Shown here piece after piece: positions 1-11,912 of a DNA stretch of 64,000 nucleotides; positions within the stretch are counted from its first letter, which is position 1, and each line of letters opens with the position of its first letter. Origin of the DNA: Octopus sinensis (taxonomy: Eukaryota); the NCBI RefSeq assembly GCF_006345805.1, contig NC_042998.1, forward strand, positions 61,938,001-62,002,000, given 5' to 3'. The notes beneath the pieces are model-generated. The model had not been told where the DNA came from and ran no database searches. It worked only from the letters and a program-made list of their open reading frames with translations. The position numbers and the translations under genes are program-made.

Positions 1-820
1 CACGGGGCCGACCTGCCCGAGATGCGGTCAGAGCGACGAAACCGTACTGCACGCACTCATTCAGTGTCCAACAATTTCCGACCTGTGGGCTTATGTCGAA
101 CAACTGCTGTCACGTGTGGGACGAGTCGGTTTATCAGCTGAGTCTATCGTCAATATTGTCACACCTCCTTCCTTCAAACGGGAAGGAAGAGCTATTTTCA
201 TCATACTTGTGGCTATGGCGAAAGAATGTATCTGGTGGACGCGTCTGAAAGGATTGGAGACAAACACTTTCCTCTCTGGTCAATCTCTCATCAACTTCTT
301 CAAGTACCACTTGAAAAGGAAAGTGAGAGTAGAGAGGCAAGTTTTGTCTAGCGAATGTTTTAAAAAAAGATGGGTGAATGTAGCAAGAATGGCACGTATG
401 AATGACGAAGCCACCTTGAGCATAGTCCTATGAACCCAGAAATCGAAAACAGAGAGTTGCTTATTTGCAAAAAAAAAAAAAAAGAAATATAAAATGTGAC
501 TTCATTGACCGAGGTTAGCGTGGTCTTTTCCGTAGGCTTTTCTTTCCACGGGTAAACCTCACCTGTCCTCCCCTTTACACTTCATATTGACATTTCTGTG
601 ATAACGATCCCTATTGATCAATTTTTTTTTCCTCTCCCCCTTTTTTTTAACCCCCCCTTTTTTGTCCTCTTTCTCTCCTTTTACGATCCCTTTTGATCGA
701 AACTCCCCCCTTCCTTTTTTTTTTTTTTTTTAAACCCTTCAAAAGAAAAGCTCTACCTTGTAATTTGTTCTATCTGTGTGCAGCCCTGTGTGGCTAATAA
801 AGAAACATATCTATCAATCT
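1..820 (+). mobile_element. 3' end of an L1/Tx1-clade LINE (ORF2 C-terminus with CCHC knuckle, 3'UTR)
   Basis: Frame open from base 2 to 433: TCPRCGQSDETVLHALIQCP (C-x2-C-x8-H-x4-C). CpG-rich. U-rich 3'UTR with AATAAA near 796 that runs into (ATCT)n. Confidence 0.85.
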
Positions 821-829
821 ATCAATCTA

Positions 830-1062
830 GGCGCAATGGCCCAGTGGTTAGGGCAGCGGACTCGCGGTCGCAGGATCGCGGTTTCGATTCTCAGACCGGG
901 CGTTGTGTGTGTTTATTGAGCGAAAACACCTAAAAAAGCTCTACGAGGCTCCGGCAGGGGGTGGTGATCCCTGCTGTACTCTTTCACCACAATGGCGGTG
1001 CCCCAGCATGGCCACAGCTCAAGAGCTGAAACTGGAAAAAACAAAACAAACAAAAACAAAAC
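830..1062 (+). mobile_element. tRNA-derived SINE inserted in (ATCT)n
   Basis: A-box TGGCCCAGTGG and B-box-like GTTTCGATTC. The 3' part ggtgccccagcatggccacag is shared with other SINEs in the window. Confidence 0.8.
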
Positions 1063-1086
1063 ATCTATCTATCTATCAATCTATCA

Positions 1087-1130
<44 letters not shown>

Positions 1131-1132
1131 GC

Positions 1133-1164
<32 letters not shown>

Positions 1165-1169
1165 TTATC

Positions 1170-1200
<31 letters not shown>

Positions 1201-1204
1201 CTAT
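1063..1204. repeat. (ATCT)n microsatellite
   Basis: Direct reading. Confidence 0.95.
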
Positions 1205-1376
1205 CCCGAAAACTGTTACTCAGAGTTTCACATTCCCTTTCATCAATATTCCAATGCTTTGCAGCTTTATTAATAAAGCATATTACTCTACCTCCGGTAT
1301 TCAAGTACTATCTTTTCCACCTTGTTTCACAGTTATGTGCTTACTCTGGTGTGTCTATATGTATATATGTATATAT

Positions 1377-1862
1377 GTACATCACTGGCACAGGTATCAC
1401 AACTACAATTTCCATTTGATCTTTTGATGTTGATGTACTTGACTCAATAGGTCTCCTCAAGCACATTAAGTAGATGACCTGCTGTGCTTGAGGAGACCTA
1501 TTGTGTCAAGTACATCAACATTAAAATAAATAGCAAATAGAAATTGTAGTTGTGATACCTGTGCCGGTGGCATGTAAAAAGCACCATTTGAACGTGGTCG
1601 ATGCCAGCGCTGCCTTGACTGGCTTCTGTGCTGGTGACACGTAAAAAGCACCAACCAATTGTGGCCACTGCCAGCATCCCCTGGCACCTGAACCAGGAGT
1701 ATGTAAAAATCACCCACTACACTCATGGAGTGGTTGGCGTTAGGAAGGGCATCCAGCTGTAGAAACACTGCCAATCAGACTGGAGCCTGGGGCAGCCCCC
1801 TGGCTTCCCAGACCCTGGTTGAACCGTCCAACCCGTGCTAGCACGGAAAACAGATGTTAAGC

Positions 1863-1898
<36 letters not shown>
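1377..1898 (+). mobile_element. RTE-type 3'UTR/tail element ending in (GAT)n, with an inverted duplication at its 5' end
   Basis: Shares the gttggcgttaggaagggcatccagctgtagaaac...gctagca...gttaa-(gat)n tail with the RTE end at 59.7-60.4 kb. Confidence 0.75.
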
Positions 1899-1899
1899 A

Positions 1900-2067
1900 G
1901 GCACTAGAGTGGCTGTGTGGTAATTAGCTTGCTTCCCAATCACATGGTTCCGGGTTCAGTTCCACTGCATGGCACCTTGGGCAAGTGTCTTCTACTATAG
2001 CCTCAGGCCAACCAGAGCCTTGTGAGTGGATTTGATAGGCGGGAACTGAAAGAAGCACATCGTGTGC

Positions 2068-2161
<94 letters not shown>

Positions 2162-2205
2162 GTGTGTGTGTGTGTGTGTATGTATATATATATATATATT
2201 ATAGA
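1900..2205 (+). mobile_element. tRNA-derived SINE (truncated) followed by TA/TG microsatellite
   Basis: Head gtggctgtgtggtaa...gggttcagttccactgcatggcaccttgggcaagtgtcttctactatagc recurs many times in the window. Confidence 0.85.
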
Positions 2206-2590
2206 TGCATATATATGCATACATGTATATAAAATTTATATACATTATTTAAAACAGTTTGATTAGGTTCCAAGCAACTTAAAGTTTTGCAGGTCTCTAA
2301 CAGAAGCCTGTCTCTTTAAGGTTTTAGATTACCCAATGGAAAGATACTAGAAGTCCAAGATGGCTACCTGAAGATAGGCTGCTACTGGTCAAGGCAGATC
2401 ATATTGTTTTGTCCAAGAATATCAGTTGCTCAGCAATAACAGTTCCTTTAGAAAGGGGTTTCTTTGACCATGTTGCTAGACAGTAAGCTGGTGGTACCTA
2501 GATGTCTGAGGGTGAAAGAAGTAAGACCAGTGTGTATGTGTGTGTGTGTGCGTGCACATGAACGCGTGTGTGTGTGTCTATGTGTACACA

Positions 2591-3485
2591 CATATGACAT
2601 CTGGTGTACCACAGGGATCCGTTCTTGGACCCCAACTGTTTGTTGCATACATTAATGATATTGATGCCAACTTGAAGGATGTTACAGTGTTGAAATATGC
2701 AGATGACAACAAGCTGTACCTTTAGATAAAAAGAACAGATCCTATATACTATAGATCTTTTCTACAATCAAACCTGGACACAATGCAGCAATGGATAAGT
2801 AACTGGCAACTAAAATTGACTGCAGTCAAGTACGTCACCATGCACATCAGGAAGAAAAAATGCTGTTTTTACATACTCCTTTAACCACATCAGTCTTTAG
2901 AAGTTTGTTAGTGAACATGCCCTGGGTATAATTGTAAATAGCGATCTTCAGTGAACAAACCACATCTCTAAGATTATCAAGAAGGCTGGGGGTGTCTTAG
3001 CATCATTCAGTAAGACCTTTGTCAACTAATCTCCATCTATTTAAAACTGTATCTGGCTCTGGTACATCTACACTTAGAATTTACATTACCAGTCTGGAAC
3101 CCTTAACTTGCTCAGCATATCAATATCCTGGAAGCTGTTTAGAAATGTGCAACCAGACAAATACCTGCCATCAGGCATCTACCATATTCTGAACATATTG
3201 CTTCTCTGGGCATGGACACATTAAAGCTCTGACATCTGACCACAGACTTGGTAGACATCAACAAAATTATTCATCATCTTTCCAACAACAACCTCAGGCA
3301 CCTTTTTGAATTCCATATGTCTAACACTCATGGACATGCTTACAATATCAAAAAACAATATAAAACCTACAACTTTCAGAAACATTTATTTCATGCACAG
3401 AATTGTTGAAGCATGGAATAAACTATTTGCATCAGTTGTTAGCTGTTGAAACACTGCATCCTTCAAAACTTCGATGCTTCCTGAT
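2591..3485 (+). mobile_element. Degraded CR1/L2-type LINE reverse transcriptase fragment
   Basis: MTSGVPQGSVLGPQLFVAYINDID...VLKYADDNKLY (RT motifs). Decayed downstream with frameshifts and stops. Confidence 0.9.
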
Positions 3486-4744
3486 ATTTTTTTATGTAGG
3501 GCACCTTAGCACTGTTTGCAACAATTTCATTATTATGATATATATATATATATAACAAGGATAAGACAATAGAGAATAAATGGATGTAATTACTGATTTA
3601 TTTGCATGCTGTAGAAAGATAAGGTTTTTTTTTTTAAACATTACAAATAAAAAATTGGAAGTTGAAAGCTCAAAAAGTTAAGAAAAAAATGTAAAAAGAA
3701 CCTACATATATGTTTCCATCAAAGCAATAAGTTGATGGGAATCTCCAAAACATGTTGTTTAATGTCAAGGAAATTGCAACATTCATATTATTTTATGGTT
3801 GGACTTCTTCAGGATTCAAAAAGCGCTAACTCCACTTAGGTGATCATTATATCTTTTGAGGGAAATGAATAGTGTTAGCAGGTCAAAGTTAAAAGCTATG
3901 TTTAGAGATCCTATTTGATTGGTAGGTTTTGAATATTTGTGGATATACTATATCAGGCATGTGCTGTCAGTAATTACCCAAAGTAAGTAGTTGAAAGGAT
4001 GAAAGGCAAAGTCAACCTCGGCAGAATTTGAACTCTGAATGTAAAGACAGACAATATACTGCTAAGCAATTCACCTGGCATGCTAACATTTCTGCCAGCT
4101 CGCTGCCTTCAAAGTGATACCTAGTGATCCTTGTTCAGCCTCATGTAACATCACCATTAACACAGAATTAATCAGAAACCATTTTTTTATAATTTTTATT
4201 TGAAGAATAAATAAAATCATTGAGAAATACAAATTTCTAACTGACAGTCAAAATGGATTTAGAACAACCAGATCAACCTCTTTTGATGCTTAGTGAATTA
4301 ATTAAAGAAATTATTAATTGTATAGACAAAAATAAAATGTATTCAGTGTGAGTATTTATAGATATTATTGATCAGAATAGATCATTCAATAAATTGGAAA
4401 AGTATGTTATTAGAAGGGGTTGGGCTTGATTAGTTGAAAAGCTATTAAAACACAGGCAACCAGGATTAATACCAGGGTTACTGGCACCCAAAGCATGTTC
4501 AATTTTGGCACATTTACAAGTATTTTTATATATTATTATTTTGTTTGAATTTTCTCAGGGAGTAAAAATTGCAAAAATTGCAATAAAGTTTTCTTTTTAC
4601 AATACAGGGTATTTGAGCTAAATTTGACAGTTTGTAATGACTTATTGACTGTTCACTTCCTGTGCATATTCTATGCAATTTTGGTTACTTTTTCTGACAC
4701 GTTGTAGTGCACCTGAGCACTGTATACAATAAAAGTTCATTACA

Positions 4745-4765
4745 TTATTATTACTATTATTATTA

Positions 4766-4817
<52 letters not shown>

Positions 4818-4925
4818 CATTATTATTATTATTATTACCATCATCATCATCATCACCACCACCACCATCATCGTCGTCGTCGTCATCGTCAGCGTCGTTA
4901 TCATCATCATCATCATCATCATCAT
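4745..4925. repeat. Compound (TAT)n/(CAT)n/(CGT)n trinucleotide microsatellite
   Basis: Direct reading. Confidence 0.95.
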
Positions 4926-5240
4926 AGAGTGAGAGAGCAGTGCATGCCATCAAAGTGACACTGAGGTAAAATATACGAAACCCAGTATAATCATCATGAC
5001 TACTGGTCTGATAAGGGTACACCAGGCACATGCATCACAACAATATGTATACAACATGGTGATCTCATATCAAGATCAACAGCGCATGACCTTGCAGGTG
5101 GGGCCCAGTTAGAATTTTCTTCTGGTCAAGTAGCCCATCCTGCTCAAAAGGTCCCTGAATAAGGATTATTTAAGGATGTTTCCAAAGGTGAATTATCCAA
5201 ACCTCCAAGAATTCCTTTCAACAGGTTGCACATAAAAGAC

Positions 5241-5477
5241 ATCATTTGAGTGTGGCCGTTGCCAGTACCGCTTGACTGGCCCTCATGCTGGTGGCACGTA
5301 AAAGCACCCACTACACTCTCAGAGTTGTTGGCATTAGGAAGGGCATCCAGCTGTAGAAACTCTGCCAGATCAGATTGGAGTCTGGTGCAGCCATCTGGTT
5401 CGCCAGACCATAGTCAAATCATCCAACCTATGCTAGTATGGAAAGCGGACGTTAAACGATAGTGATGATGATGATGA
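5241..5477 (+). mobile_element. RTE-tail element nested within another interspersed repeat (approx. 4925-5725)
   Basis: Typical tail ...ggaaagcggacgttaaacgat(gat)n. The flanks read as one interrupted older repeat ending in (ATT)n. Confidence 0.65.
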
Positions 5478-5924
5478 CACAGCTATAATGCTCCCCCACT
5501 ACTTCTATTTGTGGTCAGAGATGCACATTTCATCAGCCACTAAGAGACATGTTCAACTGGTTAAGGTCAAACAACTGACAAGCAAATCTGTGGTATTGAG
5601 CAGAATATTTGCTGTAGCCCATCTTTTATACCAAGACAAAACAATGTACAAAATAACACTTCCAATCAGTTAAGATCAGAAGCCACGAGAGCCACTGTCT
5701 GGTACTGCATCAGGGCATTCATCATCGTCATTGTAGTCGTCGTCATCATTGTTGTTATTATTATTATTATTATTTTCTCTTTATCACAGGTTTTGTTGGA
5801 ACTCCTGAAGTCTTTCATGCATAGCTGGCTTACTTCCATAGCCAGACTATTTCGTACCTAAGAAAGTTGTACACATATTGATGTGATGCATGTGCCTGGT
5901 ATACCCTTATCTATCTATCTATTT

Positions 5925-6256
5925 ATATATCTATCTATCTATCTATCTTTTCACTTTCCTTCTTGACTACTTGTGGGCCAAAGGGGCATGCAACATCAAC
6001 TAAATAGTATATGTGATGCACCTTGTCCACCACCACTAGGTCTGGTCTGGTGTGCTCTAGCACCTGATCTATTTTGGTTGGGAAATCCCAGAGGATTTTG
6101 CTAGTGCCTGACTCCACCACTCTCTGCGGTTTGTGCTCATACCACATTTTGCCTCTCTCTTACCCCTACTTTTCGCACAGTTTCCAATGTAACACTTTTG
6201 CTACCTGGTTGTGTTTCCACAACTTGTAGTGGTTTTGGGAAAGTCTAGGGCATTTG
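5925..6256 (-). mobile_element. Fragment of an RLE-type (R4/NeSL-like) LINE: C-terminal zinc knuckle end and restriction-like endonuclease
   Basis: KCPRLSQNHYKLWKHNQVAKVLHWKLC..MWYEHKPQRVVES..KILWDFP..RPDLVVVDK..LVDVACPF..KESEKIDR, a PD-(D/E)xK RLE pattern. Confidence 0.85.
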
Positions 6257-6369
6257 TTAATGATATGGGCAATGGTTTCTTTAAAAGAAAACACAATATC
6301 CCATCCAAAAATATAAGTATTAAAACAAAAATTTTAAATATTAACTAGATTATGGTTGGGTGATAACAG

Positions 6370-7070
6370 TTTACTCAAAGTAGTTGCCCTCAGCTTTCCA
6401 CCATGGCCTCAAGATGGCTCTGGAACCTGACACATTCATTCCTTGCTGGGTCCCTGGGAAGATCTTTGAAACCCCTCCTTAAACTTAGTCACTAGCTTGG
6501 CCTTGGTATTGTAGATAGAGTGGTTGATGTCTTTTTCAACCATGCTCTACACACAGTAATCAATGGGATTACAATCAAGGGAAATAGGAAACCAGAAATT
6601 GGGGCTGGTGAAGTGGTAGAAATTCTCCGAACAACTACTTCTGACTATTTCCAGAGGTATGGCAAGGAGCCAAATCCTGCTGCTGCACATATGGTCCCCT
6701 AGTGGCAAGCTTCTTCAGCCAGCGGCTTCATATGACCTAAATCCCTGTTCAGAAATGTGGGGATGAATTCTAGCATGCATGTGCAGTGAGAGCATCTGTC
6801 ACATTCACTTCCTGTTGGTCACAGCTTTGTTGTCAGCATTGCAGTCTTCCATACCATGCCTTACAACCTTTCCAACATTCTCAGAGCATTGAGCAACAGT
6901 CATGATGACAGCATTTTCATACCTGGTACGAATCATCATGATACAGGTAAATCTTTTCCAATATTCAGATGGCTTTTTCTCACCTACAACTTCAATCTTT
7001 ATGCTCTCCAACACCATTGACTGTTCACCAATACATCAAGTTGCTACTGTAAAAAGAGGACATAAACCAT
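6370..7070 (-). mobile_element. Degraded Tc1/mariner transposase relic
   Basis: Minus strand gives GPYVQQQDLAPCHTSGNSQK followed by frameshifted remnants of the WPPNSPDxNPxDY and C-terminal YFE* segments. The intervening N-terminal part is also decayed. Confidence 0.75.
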
Positions 7071-7087
7071 TAGCAAATTTAGTCTGT

Positions 7088-7490
7088 ATAGGCTGTGTAG
7101 TAAGTAGCTTGCTTACCAACCACATGGTTCTGGGTTCATTCCCATTGCGTGGCACCTTGGGCAAGTGACTTCTACTATAGCCTCGGATATAGTGAGTGGA
7201 TTAGGTAGACAGAAACTGAAAAAAGCCCCTCCTATATATGTATACATATATATGTACATGTGTGTATATGTTTGTGAGTCTGTGTTTGTCCCCCACCCAA
7301 CATCGCTTGACAACCGATGATGGTGTGTTTACATCCCTGTAACGTAGTGGTTCGGCAAAAGAGACCGATAGAATAAGTACTAGGCTTACAAAGAATAAGT
7401 CCTGGAGTCGATTTGCTTGAGGAAAGGTGGTGCTCCAGCATGGCTGCAGTCAAATGACTGAAACAAGTAAAAGAGAGAGAAAAAGAGAGA
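7088..7490 (+). mobile_element. Near full-length tRNA-derived SINE with internal microsatellite
   Basis: Head ggctgtgtagtaagtagcttgc and tail ccagcatggctgcagtcaaatgactgaaacaagtaaaagag. Confidence 0.85.
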
Positions 7491-7994
7491 GAATACCCTG
7501 TATATTAAAGACAACATCACTCACTGCATTTATTTCTGACCCCATCTCTGTTCATCTACCACTCCCCTCTTCTCATATATATACTCACACCACTTCTCAT
7601 ATATTCATCTTCCTGTAGCTTTACAGTGCACCCTCACACATTTTCCCTGCCATCCTCTTTCTTTTCAAACTGCAGTGACCATGTGTCTCTCTACAGCAAG
7701 ATGCCTATTCCTGTTGTTTCATCATACTTTAATTTCTCATCACCTGATATAGAGCCACTGCCCTCAAAATTAATGCCCTGTCAATTGAGGGGATTTGTCA
7801 TGCCAGTGCCACACTAAAAGCACCCAACACACCCTGTAAAGTGGTTGGTATTAGGAAGGGAATCAAGCTGTAAAAACCATGTCAAAACAGGCTGTGAAAC
7901 TGGGAGCAACCCCTGGCCTTATGTTGTTTGCATGTATGTCCAAATTAATATGTGTGTGTATGTAAAGATGTACATAGATGGATGTGTATATGTG

Positions 7995-8362
7995 GAGGTG
8001 CAATGGCTCAGTGGTTAGGGCAGCGAACTCGCGGTTTCTATTCTCAGACCAGGTGTTGTGAGTGTTTATTGAGCAAAAATGCTTAAAGCTCCATGAGGCT
8101 CTGGCAGGGGGTGGTGGTGAACCCTGCTGTACTGTTCATTCACAGCTTTCTCACACACTTTCTCCCTGTTTCTGTTGTACCTGTATTTCAAAAGCCAGTC
8201 TTGTCACACATTCCGTGTTATGTTGAATCTCTCCCAAGAACTATGTTAAGGGGTACACGTGTCTGTGGTGTGCTCAGCCACTTGCATGTTAATTTCTCAA
8301 GCAGGCTGTTCCATTGATCGGATAAACTGGAACTCTCATCATCATGACTGATGGAGTGCCAC
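7995..8362 (+). mobile_element. tRNA-derived SINE (head as in 830-1062, longer 3' part)
   Basis: Head gcaatggctcagtggttagggcagcgaactcgcgg. The 3' part matches 58.4-58.6 kb. Confidence 0.75.
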
Positions 8363-8480
8363 GAATATGCATATATGTATATGCAGTTATTACTTCAACT
8401 CCTAAATTTCTCTCTCTCCTTTTTGTACTACTAGATTTGTTCTTTATTCTCTCTCCCATTTACTGAAACAATTTCTGATT

Positions 8481-8830
8481 ACATTATTTACATTTGACAG
8501 ATATTTGTCCTCATCATGGACAAGTACAGGAAAATATTAGATTTATAAGCCCTAAAATTCACTCCATAATTGCCTACGAGCACATGGCATAGCGGTTAAG
8601 AGTGTGAGCTACTAACCCCAAGATTCCGAGTTCGATTCCAGTGAATAATAATATTAATAATAATAATAATAATAACATCGAAAAATACCCAGGTTCGAAA
8701 TTTCCCCAAGATACCTGATGAAGGCTGGAGGGTATATCAGCTGAAATGTGTTAACAACAAACAAGATGAGGACAAATATCCATCAAATGTGAATAATGTA
8801 CATAATTCCTCATCTCTTAAATATAGAACT
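8481..8830 (+). mobile_element. Composite Penelope-like/tRNA-headed element with hammerhead-like motif
   Basis: A-box 8585-8595, B-box 8630-8638, (AAT)n, then CTGATGA-AGGCTG...CAGCT-GAAAT at about 8709-8752. A short inverted copy of the tail lies at 8481-8516. Confidence 0.6.
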
Positions 8831-9960
8831 GTAATTTCTGATTACTAATTATGCATGAATACTTCATCCAAATGTAAATTTTGTATAATTTTATTCTCTG
8901 TCTGAAGAATTTCTAATAGGAGATATCTTACATGTTTATTCTGAGATTCTGAGCATGAAAATATGTTTCCAAAAGTCATGAGTGTAGTGATATTGTTTCA
9001 TTTTGTTAGCATGTGCATGAGTGTTAAACATAGAGAATTCAAAAAGGTGCCCAAGGTTGTTGTTGGAAAAATGGTGGATAATTTTGTGGGTCTCTGTTGA
9101 CTGTAAACAGCAACATTCTTTTCTACTCTAGGCACAAGACCCGAAACTTTTGGGGAAGGGGGCCAGTCAATTAGATCAACCCCAGTATGCAACTGGTACT
9201 TAATTTATCAACCACGAGAGGATGAAAGGCAAAGTCGACCTCAGTGGAATTTGTAAACTGCAAGATTGTACATAGAATTAAGTATTTTATTGACTTAAAG
9301 TTGGGCTCTTCCAGCAGGGAAAGCTACAATGCAGTAAGCCAGCCATGCTCTCTAAACGGAGAATCATTAGTCATCCATGTAATTAGTTAATTGACATCTA
9401 TCTCAAACTTACTTTGTCGTGGATTGTCTTTGCTTGAAAATACAGCATTACCTTGCAGTACCCCTAAGATATATATATATATTTGTATGTATGAGTACAT
9501 ACATACATATATGTATATACAGGAGCACTCCGTCAGTTATGATGACGAGGGTCCCAGCTGATGTGATCAATGGAACAGCTTGCTCATGGAACTCCACAGA
9601 CATGTGTACCCTTAACATAGTTCTCAGGGAGATTCAGTGTGACAAGGCTGGTCCTTTGAAATACAGGTACTGCTCACTTTTGCCAGCTGAGTGAACTGGA
9701 GCAGTGTGAAATAAAGCGTCTTGCTCAAGGACACAATGTGCTATCAGGAATTGAACTCATGACCTTACGATTGTGAGACGAATGCCCTGATCACTAAGCC
9801 ACATGCCTTCACATGTATATATATGGCTGTGTGTTAAGAAGTTTGCTTCCCAACCATATAGTTCTGGGTTCAGTTCAACTGCACAGTACTTTGGGCTAGT
9901 GTCTTCTACTTGGGCCAACAAAAACCTTGAGTGAATTAGGTAGATGGAAGCTGAAAGATG

Positions 9961-10345
9961 TCCATCATCATCATCATCATCGTTGTTTAACGTCTGTTTT
10001 TCATGCTGGCATCGGTTGGCCGGTCGGTTTCTCTGAGGACCGGCAATCCAGGAGGATGCACCAGGTTCCAATCTGATTTGGCAAAGTTTCTACAGCTGGA
10101 TGCCTTTCGTAATGCCAACCACTCCTTGAGTGTAGTGGGAGCTTTTTACGTGCCACCAGCAAGGGTACCAATCAGGCGGCGGCACTGGCATCAGTCATGC
10201 TCAAATGGTTTTTTTTTATGTGCCACTGGCATGGGTGTCAGCCGGGAGAAACTGGCATCGCCCACGCTCGAATGGTGCTTTTCACATTCCACTAGCATGG
10301 GTGCCAGTCAGGCAGCACTGGCAATGACCACGACTACAATTCCAC
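9961..10345 (-). mobile_element. RTE-tail element with about 3 internal 65-bp repeat units
   Basis: (CAT)n-gtttaacgtc start. Internal units match the array at 62.0-62.5 kb. Confidence 0.75.
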
Positions 10346-11676
10346 ATGTATGTATACACATACACACATATGTGTGTGTCTTTGTGCCTGTGCTTATCTC
10401 CTATTGCCACTTGACAACCAGTGTTGGTGTGTTTACATCCCTATAGACCAATAGAATAAGTACTAGGGTTTAAAGGAAAAAAAGTATTGGTCAATTCATT
10501 CAACTAAAATCCTTCAAGATGGTGCCCCAGTATGGCCACAGTCTAATGAGTGAAACAAGTAAAAGATAAAAGAAAAAAATAGACACCAAAATAAAAATAA
10601 ACACAAAATTTGATTTCAAAAATTTTTTACTTTATTTTCTAGATTTTCAACTTGTTAACAATAGAAGCAGAACATAACCAAAACAATTTTTTATCACACA
10701 TCACTTTTTTTTACCAACTAAAATTACAATAGTTAAAATTATCAGAAAGTGAATACACACACACACAGTCTTGTATTCTTCTTGTAGTCAATGCAGCCTG
10801 AAGGCTGTGGCCATATATGTACATGTATGAATACCCATATATAAATGTATATATATATACACACACAAACATACACACAATATATATATATACATATACA
10901 CTATATATATTTACAAACACACACACATATATATATATATGTATATATATATGTATATATATATGTATATATATATGTATATATATATATATATATAGTT
11001 AAAATTTATAGAAAAACAAGAGACGAAGACAGGTGTATGAATATACACACACTTGAATATGCATATATATATGCATGTAATTAAATATGTGTATGCACCT
11101 ATGTATACACACACACACATATATATATGTACTTATATGTATGCATATATATATACATATATAACTGTATGTATGTATATACACATGCATATATATATAT
11201 ATATATATATATCCCATGTATATATGTGTGTGTGTATATATATATATTCACACATACATACATGAGAACGCTTACAAATATTTGCTATGTTAGCAAAAAG
11301 TTTTGTCATAATAGGCACATTGGAGATGAAAAGCTAATACCTAACAGAAGAAAAAAAAAAGTGAAATAAAACATACTTCAAAACAATCCTGTTTGATTTT
11401 ATTTCATAATTCTGATTTAATATTGTGACTTTTTTTTATGTGAATATGAAAAAAAAAGAATAAAAAATATGAAATTATTTTGAAACTTATTAAAGAGAAA
11501 AAAACAGTTATATTGTTCGATATATGGCTCTATAAAAACTGAACTTAGAATTGGATATTTCAAGAGGACTGATTCAACTACATCTTACAACAATAGTAAT
11601 ATTGAGCATTTGTGTGATGTTTTGCGCATTTAAAAAAGAAAAACTGTATATATATATTTAGTTGTACTTTATTTAA

Positions 11677-11912
11677 CCCGTTTGATACCAACCTATTCAA
11701 GATTACTGCTGGTGCTTCCGTACAAACTTTCTGTTTTAAAGTGACCTAAATTACAATCTCCCATCAAATTTTCATGTTAATTTATGTTCCAATATGTTAC
11801 AAACACCAGTTTAATAATGACAAAGTTATTTTACTAAACACTTGATTATTTTTTAAAAATTAATTGAAACACAAAAGCTGTGTATTTCAATAGAAATATG
11901 GTAACAAGTGGG
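11677..11912. mobile_element. piggyBac-type MITE
   Basis: TTAA on both sides (11673-11676, 11913-11916). Imperfect 13-bp TIR CCCGTTTGATACC / GGTAACAAGTGGG. Confidence 0.7.

Noticed and set aside
903-1427. 174-aa ORF and overlapping ORFs with YLSI repeats
   Set aside because: Read-through of a SINE and the (ATCT)n microsatellite.
4642-5031. Poly-Asp/Asn and poly-His/Tyr ORFs
   Set aside because: Trinucleotide microsatellite open in several frames, with no splice context.
8578-8642. Functional tRNA gene (also the SINE heads at 830, 1900 and 42076)
   Set aside because: A- and B-boxes are present but there is no complete cloverleaf or acceptor stem, and each continues into repeat bodies.
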